A stretch of 64,000 bases of DNA from Alloascoidea hylecoeti (Eukaryota). Of the stretch, positions 48,241 to 60,701 are shown piece by piece (the first letter of the stretch is position 1; each line of letters starts with the position of its first letter). The position numbers and the translations under genes are program-made. Location: contig BCKZ01000010.1 of the NCBI GenBank assembly GCA_001600815.1, positions 619,506 through 683,505 of the forward strand, written 5' to 3'. The notes under the pieces were generated by a model. The model was given only the letters and a program-made list of their open reading frames with translations. It did no database searches and was not told the origin of the DNA.

Positions 48241-49887
48241 AAACTGTATTAGCAGTTGATAATGGCAAGTTATAAGTGGGAATACCCATATTAATGATAA
48301 AATTTTATTAGATTCATCGTATTAATAAATTGATTTTAATGAATTAGATCCATACATAAAAATTGTTTAATTCCTTGAGCCACATTGTATGTAGAATCAA
48401 ATACATGATAATCATTATATAACCAATATATATTTTAGCATAAAACCAGTTCAAGAGGTCCATTTTATTTCACCCTCCAAATCATTTCTTTTTCTAATTA
48501 TATATATATATATATATATATAGTCAAATGGTAGCAGTAACATATGGGAAATAAATGAAATATAAAGGATGTTAATATTTCTATAATTGCATTACATTGT
48601 TCTCTAATTATTTAATTGTAATATACTTATAATTAGATCTAGATAGACTTAAACTACTTCTATATAATAAAAAATAATCCTATAAGAATATTCTAATATA
48701 AGATCTTGCAATTTTAGGGTAATTTTCCTAGCGACTTCGAGTTTAGAAAATCATTTTTGTTGAATTTAAAAGACGAAATATATTAATGCTTGTACAATTT
48801 TTAAAGAAATTTTTTCTGTTATTCACCCAAGATGAGAACCTTTTATATAGGCAGTAAATAAATTTGTTAAAATTTAAAAAATGTTTTAGTTATATGGGCG
48901 GGGTTGATACGTATACCCACCCTATATATATATATATATCTTTATAATTGATTTTGTCAAATATATTATATGTTACATTTTATTCTTAGAGTCTAGAACA
49001 TGGCAAACAGCTTAACATTAATAATACAGCCTCGCAATTGAGTGAAATCACTAAGTATCTATAATGTGAAATAAATTATTTAAATTTATGAAATAAAACA
49101 AAAATTAAGACTGGAAAAAGTTTCGTTTAACGATGTTACCATATGTAGTATATGCACTATTAATTCAAATGCATTCATAGAAAGTAGCCATAGGATATCT
49201 AACATATACGTTTTGTTATTTCTCAAACCGGTCATTCTTTTGTTTAGGATAAGAATTGAAGAGGTGACAATTGGGTCATGTATATTTACATATAATGTAT
49301 TTATGCATTGAATACAATCCATCGATATCGGAAATTAGGAATTAATTAATTCATAAAATTAATTTTTAATTAAAAGACTATAAACTATAAACTCTAAATT
49401 TATTATAATCTTAAAATAAAATATATAAGTTTAAAATAGAATTAATATTAAATCTTGTTAAAAAAAATTGATATATATTGATAAAATTAAAAATATAACT
49501 AAAATATCAATTTATTGAAATAGAATAAAGAATAATACATTGAGAATTATATATAATTAAAATGAAAAAGGATAATGAATTTGAAGATATGATGAAAATT
49601 AAATAAAATACATTTGTTTTTTTAAATTGAAATGGAAATAATTAATGTAAAATGCAAAAATGATTAAACCAAGTAATCAGAAGACGTATTAATTATCATG
49701 AAAAATTCTTGTTTTTATTTTGAAAGAAGAATCAAGACACTTTCTTTTGTTGTCATTTGTAGAAAGTTAAAATAACAGTATAAATTTTTAAAATTGAAGT
49801 GAAAGAAAAGAGAAGTAAAGTAAACAATTGAATTGAATTGAATTAATTAATCAATAAATTGCAATTGTAATAAATTAATAAATCAAA

Positions 49888-50967
49888 TTATAAAAAGAAT
49901 ACCAAAAGGGCAAATAAACCTGCAACACCTGAAGTTGATCTGCCTACAATAGCGTTACCTGCATAAGTTGGAACAACAGGTGCAGATGAACCTGAAGCAG
50001 AAGCAGCTCCTAGAACAGTTGAAGTAGCTGGGGCTGCTGCTGCTGCCGAAGTTGATGAAGCGGCAATTGGAGCAGCAGTTGTAATGACAGACGAAGTTGT
50101 GTAAAGTGAAGTGGCTTCAATGGTGCATTTACCTGGACATTCAGTGATTGTAACAGTACCAGCGGATGTTACTTCAATTGTATTAGAGCCATGAACAATT
50201 GTAGTTGGAGATGGACAATAAGTAGTATATTCAGTAACTTCAGTTGTATAAGTAGAAGCATAAGTAACTGGAACAGTTGTTGTTACTTCAGCAACAGTAG
50301 CATTTGTTTTAATAACAGATGAAGTTTCAATGGTACATTTACCTGGACATTCAGTAACAGTAACAGTTCCGGCGGTTGGAACAACAATTGTCTTTGAACC
50401 ATGTACAATTGTGGTTGGAGCTGGACAGTAAGTAGTATATTTAGTAACAGCGGTTTTATAATAGACGGTGCTATCAACAGGAACAACAGAAGCGGTAACA
50501 ACAGAGCTTGTCTTTAATGTACAAGGGCATTCAGTAATGGTGACGGTACCAGCAGAAGTGACTGTGACAGTCTTATCACCATGAACAATAGTTGTTGGAG
50601 AAGGACAATAAGTAGTATACTTGGTAACAACAGTTTCAAAAGTTGTAGTGTATTCAGTTTCAGCTGCGGTTGGAACTGGAGCAGCTGCGGTGGTTGTGGT
50701 GGCATAAGTGGTCAACACAGCGGTTTTTGGGATGGTACAAGGGCAGTCTGTGATGGTTAAAGTTGTAGCAGCGGTGACAACAATTGTCTTGTCATTAATG
50801 ACGAGGGTGGTTGCTGATGGAACAAAAGTGGTGAAGGCAGTAACAACTTCACTGACAACAGTGGTGACAGTGACTGGAATGGCAGTTGTAGTCACATTGG
50901 AGAAAGCGGCCAGGGCAGAACCGGTGAGAGAACCTATGAGGACGACGGAGGATAAAGAGAATTTCAT
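49888..50967 (-). CDS. GPI-anchored cell-wall mannoprotein, Sed1/Ccw12-type repeats
   Basis: Signal peptide; four VT.(Y/F)TT(Y/F).P..TT...TITECP-type repeats; hydrophobic C-terminal GPI signal. Confidence 0.88.
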   Translation of the reverse strand: MKFSLSSVVLIGSLTGSALAAFSNVTTTAIPVTVTTVVSEVVTAFTTFVPSATTLVINDKTIVVTAATTLTITDCPCTIPKTAVLTTYATTTTAAAPVPTAAETEYTTTFETVVTKYTTYCPSPTTIVHGDKTVTVTSAGTVTITECPCTLKTSSVVTASVVPVDSTVYYKTAVTKYTTYCPAPTTIVHGSKTIVVPTAGTVTVTECPGKCTIETSSVIKTNATVAEVTTTVPVTYASTYTTEVTEYTTYCPSPTTIVHGSNTIEVTSAGTVTITECPGKCTIEATSLYTTSSVITTAAPIAASSTSAAAAAPATSTVLGAASASGSSAPVVPTYAGNAIVGRSTSGVAGLFALLVFFL

Positions 50968-51346
50968 GGTATAAAGGAAAGCGAGAGGATTATGAAGTAA
51001 CGAAGGGTCTCAATGTTTAGTGGAAACAGAGGGAGAACCGCGGGTTTATATACTTTTGCATTGATATATATTAAACTGAAGAAACTGCTTTCCCGGAAAG
51101 ACGAAATGTCTCCTCAGCAGTAAATATCCAAATATCCAGACAAATATGCAATAAAAAGTGTCAGTGCAGAACTAATAAATGTCGTACATTTTAGCCTTTA
51201 CGATGCACGGGCACTGCAGCAGGTCTTTTTTCCGGGACGTCCGTTCAGGTATTATAATATTCCAATACACCCACACACCCTCGATGGTTGTCAAATTTTA
51301 TTTCTGTTTATCAAGAAGAAAATCAGAAACAGAAACACAAAAGAAA

Positions 51347-53159
51347 ATGTCTGAACCATCAATATCAACTAACAACTTCATAGATGTAAAGAAAAAACGG
51401 AGAAGATCAAGTGCTCAGGCACAGAAAAGGAAAAAACAATCTCTTATACCTCCCGAGTTTTTAATTAATAAAAATAATCATCTCTCTAAAAAAATAACAT
51501 TATCTGTATGTTCTTTACTTTCCAAATCTACATCTATTAAAATAAATTAATATTTAATTCAATATCTAGGATATAAGAGATTTAATGGTATGGATTTTAG
51601 CCGATGGTTCTGCCCCCAATTGGATTAATCTTCCAAACAGATCTTCAATTTCACATGTGGTTTTCTTACTAATTCCTGGTTTAAATCAAAATGATTTTGG
51701 TCTGGTTAATCCTCTTGAAACAAATCCAATTAAAATTGATCCAATTGATGAATTTGATTTTTTTAAAACTTTCAATCATTTATGGCCAACAAGAACTCCT
51801 GGTACAAAACAATCTTTACATTCTTCAATAAACGCTATACTTTCTGTTCCATTATCTGAAAAGGCTAAATCTTTATTAAAAAAATCTTTGAAAAATAAAA
51901 AATTAAATATTGAGGATTTATTATTATCCAATGATGAATTAATTGATCATGATTATCCAACAACTAATATTTTATCAAATGATAATGATAATGAATTACA
52001 AATAGATGAAAATGCAATTGAAATTGAAATTGAAAATGAATGGGTTCAAACTAAAAATTTATCAAGAATTTCAAATTCAAATCCTCATATTTATGCAATT
52101 GATTGTGAAATGTGTACCGCTAAATCTGGTCCTGTTCTAACCCGTGTTTCAATCATAGATTTTAAAGGTGAAACAATATTAGATGAACTAGTTAAACCTG
52201 ATGAAGAAATTATTGATTATTTAACAAGATATTCTGGTATTAAACAAGAAACTTTAAAAAACATTACAACAAATTTAAAAGATATTCAATATCAATTATT
52301 ACAAATTATTGATGAAAATGATATATTAGTTGGTCATTCATTAAATTGTGATTTAAAAGTTTTAAAATTACAACATTTTAATATAATTGATACTTCATTA
52401 ATTTATCAACATCCAAAAGGCTATCCATATAAACCATCATTAAAATGGTTATCTGAAAAATATTTAAATAAAAAAATTCAATCTAGTAATGATGGTCATA
52501 GTTCAATTGAAGATGCAAAAACTTGTATTGATTTATTAAAAATTAAATTAAAAAATGGTAAAAATTTTGGTATATTTAATCATGATGAAAATATATTTGA
52601 AAAACTTCAAAATTTTAAAAATTCAAAAATGGCTTTAAATATGAAACTATCAAATACTATAAGAAATTCTGCAACTGTTGATTATAATAAAACTTCTTTA
52701 TATAGAAAGTTTTTAAATCAACATGTTACTTGTGAAAATGATGATGATGTTATAAATGGTATAATTGATATCATTGATGATAATGATTTTATAGTTGCAA
52801 AATTAAAAGAATTAGAATCTATTCTTGGCTGGAATTCTCAATCTCAATTAGAAGAATCAACCTCAACAATTCTAACTGAAGAATCAATTTCAAAAGCAAA
52901 ATCGACTTTAAATTCAAGATTATCAAAATTATATGATAATTTACCACCATACACTGCATTAATTATAACATCTGGTAATGGTGATCCAAGAGATGTACGA
53001 TTATTACAAAATTTAAAAAAACAATATCAATTAGATTATCAAACTAAAAATTTTAAAGATATACAAACAAACTGGACTGATGATGATTCTAAAAAATTAA
53101 CCATTGCTGTAAATAAAGCAAGAGATGCGATTTCTTTTTTAACTGTTAAAAAACCATAA
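51347..53159 (+). CDS. RNH70: DEDDh 3'-5' RNA exonuclease Rex1 (2 exons; intron 51506-51569)
   Basis: AIDCEMC; DYLTRYSGI; LVGHSLNCDLKVL; GHSSIEDA; LPPYTALIITSGNGD. Confidence 0.9.
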
Positions 53160-53245
53160 ATAAATAGATACATTATAAATTATATCTTACCAACCGCGAG
53201 CGTACAACTAAACTTTTTTTTAAATCTAACAAACTTATTTATATA

Positions 53246-53349
53246 TAATGTAATCATTTTAGGTGAGACACAGGATAATCTCGTGGTTTATATAGTACAA
53301 CCATTTGGCGCCCAGTAGAGATGATTCTCTGAACTCGCGATTGGCACGA
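53246..53349 (-). ncRNA. Candidate box H/ACA-like structured RNA
   Basis: GC-richer island: hairpin, ATATAA (ANANNA), weaker hairpin, ACA+3 nt; a GTAAGT donor lies just upstream at 53356. Confidence 0.3.
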
Positions 53350-53394
53350 AACTTACCTTATACATATTTACTATAATTAATCAATTATATTTAT

Positions 53395-54324
53395 TTAAGC
53401 ATCTGCCATCTCTACATCTCCATCTTCAACAGGTTTAACCGCCGCAATAACTGTACCTGTTTCTGTTGTTTCATTTTGTGATCCAGCACTAACAGGTTTG
53501 ATATCTGTAGGTTCAACGTGAATTGTTTCCATCAATGGTGCTTCAGAAGGCACTGGGTTAATATCAGAATCATTATTAGGTTTTGATTCTTTGACTTCCT
53601 CAACTTCAACTTTAGTTGTGACATCCTCAACAGTAGCGGGTTCTAGATTTGTTTTAGGTTCAGTTTCAGTAGGTTGAGACACTAATTCAACATGAGTTGC
53701 CGTTTCTGTTACACTTGGAACCACAGTTGGAGCAACAATTGGTACCTCGGGATGAACTGGGGTAGATGGGTCATCTTTTACTGAAGATGGAGTATCACTC
53801 ACAGGAGTTTGATCTTTCTTCTCATCATCATTCGTAATAGTTGTATCATCAGCTTTAACACTCTCTGGTTCTTTTTTCTTCTGTGCATCACTTGATGAAA
53901 AACCAGGAATAGCTTCCCCTCCAACAGCACCACGTATATCCTTTTCACTTAATCCTGATTCTTCATCCTCAACAATTTTACTCCTTGGTGCATCTTCTCC
54001 TTTTTTACTCAAATCAAGAAAATCATCATCATCTCCATCAATTAAACTATCATCATTATCTCCTTCAATTTGAATCCATGTCATTATTTCAAAATTAATA
54101 ATTTGATTTTCAACTGAAGATTTACCAATAATTTGATTATTATTATTCCCATTAACATTTCCATTTCCATATGTTCCATTTGTTTGAGATTCAGCAATTT
54201 TAATTGGAGCAATTCTAGCTCTCTTCCAACGTGTTAATTTATCATCAATACCATTGGGAACATGTGCCATACTGGCATGTCTCATTAATGATTGTCGATA
54301 AAGTGATCGTCGTGTTGAAGTCAT
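53395..54324 (-). CDS. RTT102: SWI/SNF-RSC subunit Rtt102 with acidic/Pro-rich C-terminal extension
   Basis: W....P, F..MTW, DFLDL and LSEKDIRGAVGGEAIPGFS match recalled Rtt102 motifs; convergent with RNH70 as in S. cerevisiae. Confidence 0.8.
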   Translation of the reverse strand: MTSTRRSLYRQSLMRHASMAHVPNGIDDKLTRWKRARIAPIKIAESQTNGTYGNGNVNGNNNNQIIGKSSVENQIINFEIMTWIQIEGDNDDSLIDGDDDDFLDLSKKGEDAPRSKIVEDEESGLSEKDIRGAVGGEAIPGFSSSDAQKKKEPESVKADDTTITNDDEKKDQTPVSDTPSSVKDDPSTPVHPEVPIVAPTVVPSVTETATHVELVSQPTETEPKTNLEPATVEDVTTKVEVEEVKESKPNNDSDINPVPSEAPLMETIHVEPTDIKPVSAGSQNETTETGTVIAAVKPVEDGDVEMADA

Positions 54325-54419
54325 ACTTTTTATTATATAATTAGATATAGATTAAGATGAAAATGTGTTTTTCACCTATTTTTTGGTGTTCTCTTTTGGG
54401 TGTACGGGTTTCTCATATA

Positions 54420-54586
54420 AGTCTTTCACTTAATTTCGGCCATCTTCATAACTAATTTTCGGTCGGGTTTGGCACCATATCCCTGCAATTCCTGCGGTCC
54501 ATATTGGTATTATTGCTGCCGAAGGTTAGTTATGTGTATGGCTGATCTTTAGTAGCCAAAATGGCCTAAATTAAGTGAAATGACTG
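54420..54586. mobile_element. MITE-like element (~167 bp) with ~26-bp terminal inverted repeats
   Basis: Left AGTCTTTCACTTAATTTCGGCCAT versus right reverse complement CAGTCATTTCACTTAATTTAGGCCAT; inner IR CATAACTAATTTTCGG / CCGAAGGTTAGTTATG; TA flanks. Confidence 0.7.
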
Positions 54587-55969
54587 TATTCTTAAATTTT
54601 TATTGTTCCCATAATCCAGGCCAGGACCTACTAATAATAAATTTATGATCTTTTTCCTCATAATTCCCATTGGCCTAATTGAGGAATTAAGAGATCGTGA
54701 CTCCGAAAGAGCCTTGGTTATTCTATTATGATCATTGATCACTGATCAGCATTTCTTTTCGTGTGCCCTTGCCTCCAACACCACAACACCCGCTGATTAG
54801 TGGGGATTCTGGTATGAAAACTATTAATAAATAATGCTTGATTTGCTCTCCAGGTCTACTATATGAATAATATAACTCACATTTGAAACGATATACATTC
54901 CAATGACTTGAGTTAAAGTGATACTTGAAAATATTACTTTGTTGATTACGTTAATATATGTTTTTTTTATAGTTTATAAAACTTTATACGGCTAATTTTG
55001 AACCCAGTTGCAGTAAAGTAATAATCATTTGGTATGTGTAATATATATTAATGTTCGGTACATACGAAATAATACGAAGTATTACGAAGTATTACGAACA
55101 TAGTCTGTGATATGATAAGTTAAGCCATATAATGAACATAGATGCTTCTCCTAAACATTGAAGATTTACTCAAGTTTTAACGTTAATATTAGATTGAAAA
55201 TGAAATTTATAAATATCATAGATGATCAGGAATAAATTAATAACACCCCAATTAATGCAACAGATCATCAAATGGTAGTTAAAAAAACAATGGGTCAAAA
55301 ATTTTTAAACCTGTAATAGCTGATATACCACTCACAAGCTCACCACCTTGATGTTTCAGCCATTTTCTAAGCTCATGATTGTTTATAAAATTATTTACTT
55401 ACTTACCTGTAATTAACGAGTAAAACATGGTTCACGATTGAAAATTGACATAATATGTCAAAAATAGTTATTAAGGTTTATGTATATTGCAATATACATG
55501 GTATACGGGAAGAATGATGAGTTTTACCACTCTAAGAAGTAGTAAGAATGTGCTGGAATTAATGATGTAAGTACTTACATTGTTTTTCTTTCAAAACTAG
55601 CTTCTAGACTACAAATTTTAAAGAGAAACTAATAATAATTCATTTAAGTTTATAACTAATTATGATTTATTCTTAAAGGCTTCAATAGCATATTACTAGA
55701 TCATAATATATATATTAATCTTCCCTTTTGGATTTAAATATAGAAGTTATAACTTATACCTTTAAAAATGCATTGCAGCTGCAGGTATACCGTAATATCG
55801 GCTGCATATACCTTTTTGTTAATATTAATTACAAAATTGATACATATAGGTTTTTAAATAAAAGTAGCATTCGGGGTGAGGCATTATTTTTCTTCTGATA
55901 TTTTAATTAATTATCTCTATTTGTTTGAATAATTTCGAAATGTTTACTAAAAAATATTACATAAATATT

Positions 55970-56366
55970 TATCGGAATTTTTGACACTAAATTTACAAGT
56001 GATTTTATTTTTGAATGGTTGTTTGTTATGAATGGAATCGAAGATACTCCTTTTGCTAAGAGACAGTATTTTGGAAGTATTAGCTTCTCTAACGACTATC
56101 CGAAACGTCGACAAGTGGTGGTAATGATTACACCAAATGGGAGAAATGTAACAAGGGATGTTTTTCAATGTGGGAATAAAAGTTGGAATCCAAAATGGTC
56201 TGTTGAAAAGCTTTTAGTTGATATTATTACCTAATTCACCAGTGATGACTATTCAAATGGTATTATTGAATTGACTGACTCCCAGAAAATATTAACTTCT
56301 GCAGAACAAACAAGGGAATTTAATCAATTTAGTCCTAAATTTAAAGAAAAGTTTCCGGAATTATAA
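55970..56366 (+). pseudogene. Degenerate Ubc6-like E2 enzyme
   Basis: FEWLFVMNGIEDTPF..QYFGSISFSNDYP..MITPNGR..SWNPKWSVEKLL..*FTSDD..G..FKEKFPEL parallels Ubc6. In-frame stop at 56232; active-site segment shortened. Confidence 0.75.
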
Positions 56367-56881
56367 GTTTATAAAGAGATTTTGGAAATACGTTAGAAGA
56401 ATTGGTATATGATATAGAAGCTTAGAGATTTATATGATTTTAAACCATTAAAGAAACATCATTCTTTAAAAAAAGGTGGAAATGAAGTCTCTGCTTATTA
56501 AAAATTGTCAAACAAATACATCACGATTTAGGGAAAGAAAATGCAGTGAGCAATCATGATAATATAATGAGAGAAAGATTGATCAATCATGATACACACA
56601 TAGAATTTGAAAGTCCAATGAGTGATAATATATCACACAAAGAAAATTTGAAAGACCAATGAATGGTAATATAAATAGCGAAAGGTTAATGTATTATAGT
56701 ACACAAAGAGAACTCGAAAGAATAATAAATTACAAGATAGATAACGAAAGATCAATATTTTTAATGCCTTTTTACCAACTGACCGTTTGCTATCAATCTA
56801 CCTAATAATTCACCTGAAGCATTAATCAGTAGATCAAAGGATTAACCCAGTTCAACTTATTAGGTCTAAATTGGAATGGAC

Positions 56882-57312
56882 TAAATAGGAACGGATAATT
56901 AACAGTATTATTATCTTTTTGTGCCTTTGCTTGTTTAGTTTTATCATCCTCTGGACTTGATATGGTGAAATAAGGACATTAGCTAAATCAGTATTATTCA
57001 GAGTGACTTTGAATGAGACCTTCCATGCTATGAAGTCGGAAGGTTCCACGTCGCTACCATTCTAGTTAAGCATGATTGTTATCTTATTACATTTATAATG
57101 TATATGATTCAATATTTTTTTTGATTAACAATTACCTAAAGTGAAAGAGCTATCCAAGGCCACTCTGACTAATGCTGATTTGAAGCCTTTACTTCACCAT
57201 ATCCAAGTACAGACGACGATAAAACTAAACAAGCAAAGGCACAAAAAGATAATAATACTGTTAAATGCTATTCTTTTTGATTAATCATTCTTAATTATTC
57301 GTTCCTATTTAA
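56882..57312. repeat. Diverged inverted repeat of a probable copia gag 5' fragment (arms ~56882-57025 and ~57145-57312)
   Basis: ACAGTATTATTATCTTTTTGTGCCTTTGCTTGTTTAGTTTTATC (~56902) is the exact reverse complement of ~57218-57261; flanks are more diverged. Translation gives gag-like FIAWKVSFKVTLNNTDL and, downstream of the right arm, TAKD*W. Confidence 0.75.
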
Positions 57313-58336
57313 TCCTAATACAATATTGAACTATAACTATAATGAACACGAATGGATCATATTACACAGCCAAAGATTAATGGACAATAATATTAATATA
57401 TATAATGAAAGTTTAATGAATTATAATACACATGGAGAAAAAGCAATGGAATGAAAGGCCCCAAAAAATACTAGAGAAAGCAGAACAAAAATAGCGCGTT
57501 AAAATATATCAAAAAAAAAATTGATATAATTACCAAAAAATAGTAGCGATAAGTCACCATATTTTTCGAATCTATTTTCGCATATTGAGTCCCACTTTAA
57601 GAGAGAAATAAATAAGATATAATAAAATTTCTGAATCCCTATAGTTAGATATATAATGACTATAGAGCTAAAACCAATTAATTCTACAGTCAAATGTTTT
57701 GTGGATAATACCATTTATATTCTATTACTATTATTATTATTATTGTTCTTATGAGACTAATATTTAGCTTCACCTGGGATCAATTGATTTTTCTCTCTAT
57801 CGTTTTAATTATTTAGTCTTTACGGCAGTAATGTTTTATATATATATATATTAGTATTATTAGTGCAAAAAATTATCACTTAGCTCTTCATAATCATGGT
57901 CTATTGAAATAACTCGTGATGGAAATTTTAAGTCTAATCAGATGACAGTAGTGGTGAATACTGAAAAGAAAAAAGAAGCATAGCTCGCTAATGGTTTATA
58001 ATTAATTATGAATCTAAAACTTCCATGTTCCGATTTTATATCATAGGCAATAAATTACTATGTACCCAAATAAATGGAATCGTATCTAGAGTTCGTTAAC
58101 GTTAATATTGTAATTAGCCCCCCAAAAGAGATTTCAAAAATGACATTTATCTAAGAGTTCTTTAGAGAAATATGTCATTATCATTACATTTTTACATTTA
58201 AGCTTGAAGATAATGCTAATAAGAAATATTTATAATGAGTATGTGTGTTATAAGATACAAATTTTCAGATGAACATCAATGCAAACAGATAAATATCTTT
58301 GAATTCTATAAAAATGATTTTAGTTTATTCTAAAAT

Positions 58337-58696
58337 TTAAAGTTCACCACTTCCTCTTAATCCAACGAAAAAAGCATATCCATAACCAGTTGCATGAAAA
58401 GTAATTGTTGAATCTTTAGTGAAATAGAAAACATCACCTGGTTTTGCTTCAACCTTGTAGCCATTTTCATCTGAAATAGTGAAGACACCATCAACTTCCA
58501 AAATGATTTTCATTTCATCATATTTATATGTAAATACAAGTGGCTCACCAGCTTCTTGTTTGTAAAAACCAGAACTAATTTGTTTACCTTTTTCAGCTTC
58601 AGAGTTGAAAATATCTCCTAAAAATGCGTTATTATTGGCAACAAGAGGTGGTTTGACTTCTTTTCCTTCAGCAGATGGCTTATATTTCATAGGCAT
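58337..58696 (-). CDS. Small cupin, EutQ-like
   Basis: NAFLGD; ISSGFY; FTYKYDEMKIILE..G.F.ISDE.G..V.AKPGDVFYF. Confidence 0.8.
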   Translation of the reverse strand: MPMKYKPSAEGKEVKPPLVANNNAFLGDIFNSEAEKGKQISSGFYKQEAGEPLVFTYKYDEMKIILEVDGVFTISDENGYKVEAKPGDVFYFTKDSTITFHATGYGYAFFVGLRGSGEL

Positions 58697-60701
58697 TGTA
58701 ATATTTTTGAAAATTTAAAGTTGGATATAAAATTATCGATTGAATTTGTTTCAATTGAATAATAAAGAAAACGGAATCATAGACGATATTTATATTCTAT
58801 TTTTATTCATTTATTTCGATCAATTGATTACTAATTTGCTCCTTTATTTTTATTTTTTTTTCTTGTAATATTGTGGTTAAATATTTGCCTGAAACGGAAA
58901 AGTTATCCGATGTTCTTTCTGTTTTTGATGTCGCTCTGCATCTTATCCAGATCAATATTAAAAACCCGTCCTTCAACTAACAAGTTAGTGCCAGCAATGG
59001 TATATAAGTGATGATATTATTATATACTTAGTGGAAATTGCAACTCTATGGGGAAATTTTATGATTTTTCATAATTGAAGTTGCCACTATAGTATGAGTT
59101 TTAAAGATCTCAAGTAATTACTGGTTTTGATTTTTGAGTAATATAGTGGGTATTCCTTCTAAATACATATTTAATATTAATACTGTATTACTAGATATTT
59201 GGTGAAAATCTGATAATTACAGTATAACAGCTATATTGCTACTAATTGGATTCAATTCAAATTTTGTTTCTCACTAAAATATTCACATGTTCATCAACTT
59301 AGGCTTAAACTTACGCCAATTAATATACCTTCTCATTAATTTGATCTTCTCATATTTCTTTGCTTTGAACTAATATTATATTCCCCGTTTAGTTATGATA
59401 CCGACCATTTTTCAGTTGCATGTGGTATTCTACCCTATGGCTAGCTACATGTACAGCTATAGGTCTATATACTTTCTTCATCAACATAAACACAAGATCA
59501 TTTCGCTAGCTATAACATTAATCAAAATTTAACATATTTATTTATTTCCTACATATAAGTATAAAGGTTTTCATGTTAGGTGACACAGGAAAATCTGATA
59601 GTTTATTTTTTAAAGATTGGGCACAAGCATTTGACGTTGGAGAACTCTTATAAATATAACTACCAACATCAGAGTTTTCACTTTTAATCTCCAATGTCTC
59701 CTTTAAACTTTTTATATAAGTCTTATATGTAAATATACCATTAGATTTTCCCATGGCTGGATACAACCTCCACGGGATGTGCTGAAAATTTCCTGCTACT
59801 GTTAGTTAACAATAAGTATTTGGCAATTGTGTAACAAATGAAGGTTTCAATTGATCAAGAGTAGAAATAATAAAAAGGATATTTGTGCATAAAGAAATAT
59901 TAGTTATATTCTGCTACATTATCATAATAAAATGGGGTATGCCAAGGAGTATGTATTAACATTTTGATGAATAGAGTGTTATATAGCTAGTTTAATTTAA
60001 CTGAAACTCCAAGAGAACTGCGCTAAAGTAGCAATTGTGAACTATGTACCTTACCATTCATGTTTTCAGACATAAAATATAGATGGAGTTATATTTAATA
60101 CTCGATTAAGTTACACAGATTTACGATGAATTATCGTTTATTAGCCTGCATACATATGCATTTTCCGCACTCCAGTTTTCGAATATGATTGGTTAAAAGA
60201 GGAAGAATGGCCAAATTTGTCCACACTAATATAATATTCACCTGATATATCACTACTTTATTTTTCAGTTATGCATATGGGATTTCAACATCTGCTCTCT
60301 AAATAATAAAGGAAAGAACAGAGTAATGTTAGCTGAAACCAGATTATATATGAAGCCAGCTAGATATACTGACAATATATAGCTAGTTATGGTGATATAA
60401 ACCTGATCCCACTTGTATACTGAAGAATTATGTAGTTATAAAACACTTATTTCACAAACGCACTTTATTTAAACTCTTCATAATCAACTTTATAAACTGA
60501 TTGCTTAAGTTAAAGCTTGTAATTGGGTAAATTTTTTTTTCGTTTTGCTCCTCTATTCTCAATTTAATATCTTTTAATTAAGATGTATTTGGATGAATAT
60601 AAATAATTTATAATTTGGCTTCAATATTCCATAATTTGAAAGGTGTTTTAACATAATTCTTATTAATATCCAATTGACAATAAGATAAGATTCAACTTGA
60701 A

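Noticed and set aside
49086..49322. ORF faintly like an integrase core start (LYVNIHDPI)
   Set aside because: Catalytic Asp absent; similarity too weak.
55060..55100. 11-bp tandem repeat TACGAAGTATT
   Set aside because: About 3 copies with no spacers; a simple repeat, not CRISPR.
59542..59870. Possible transposase relic (plus-strand RFSHGWI; minus ORF 59542-59766)
   Set aside because: Single short motif with no supporting context.
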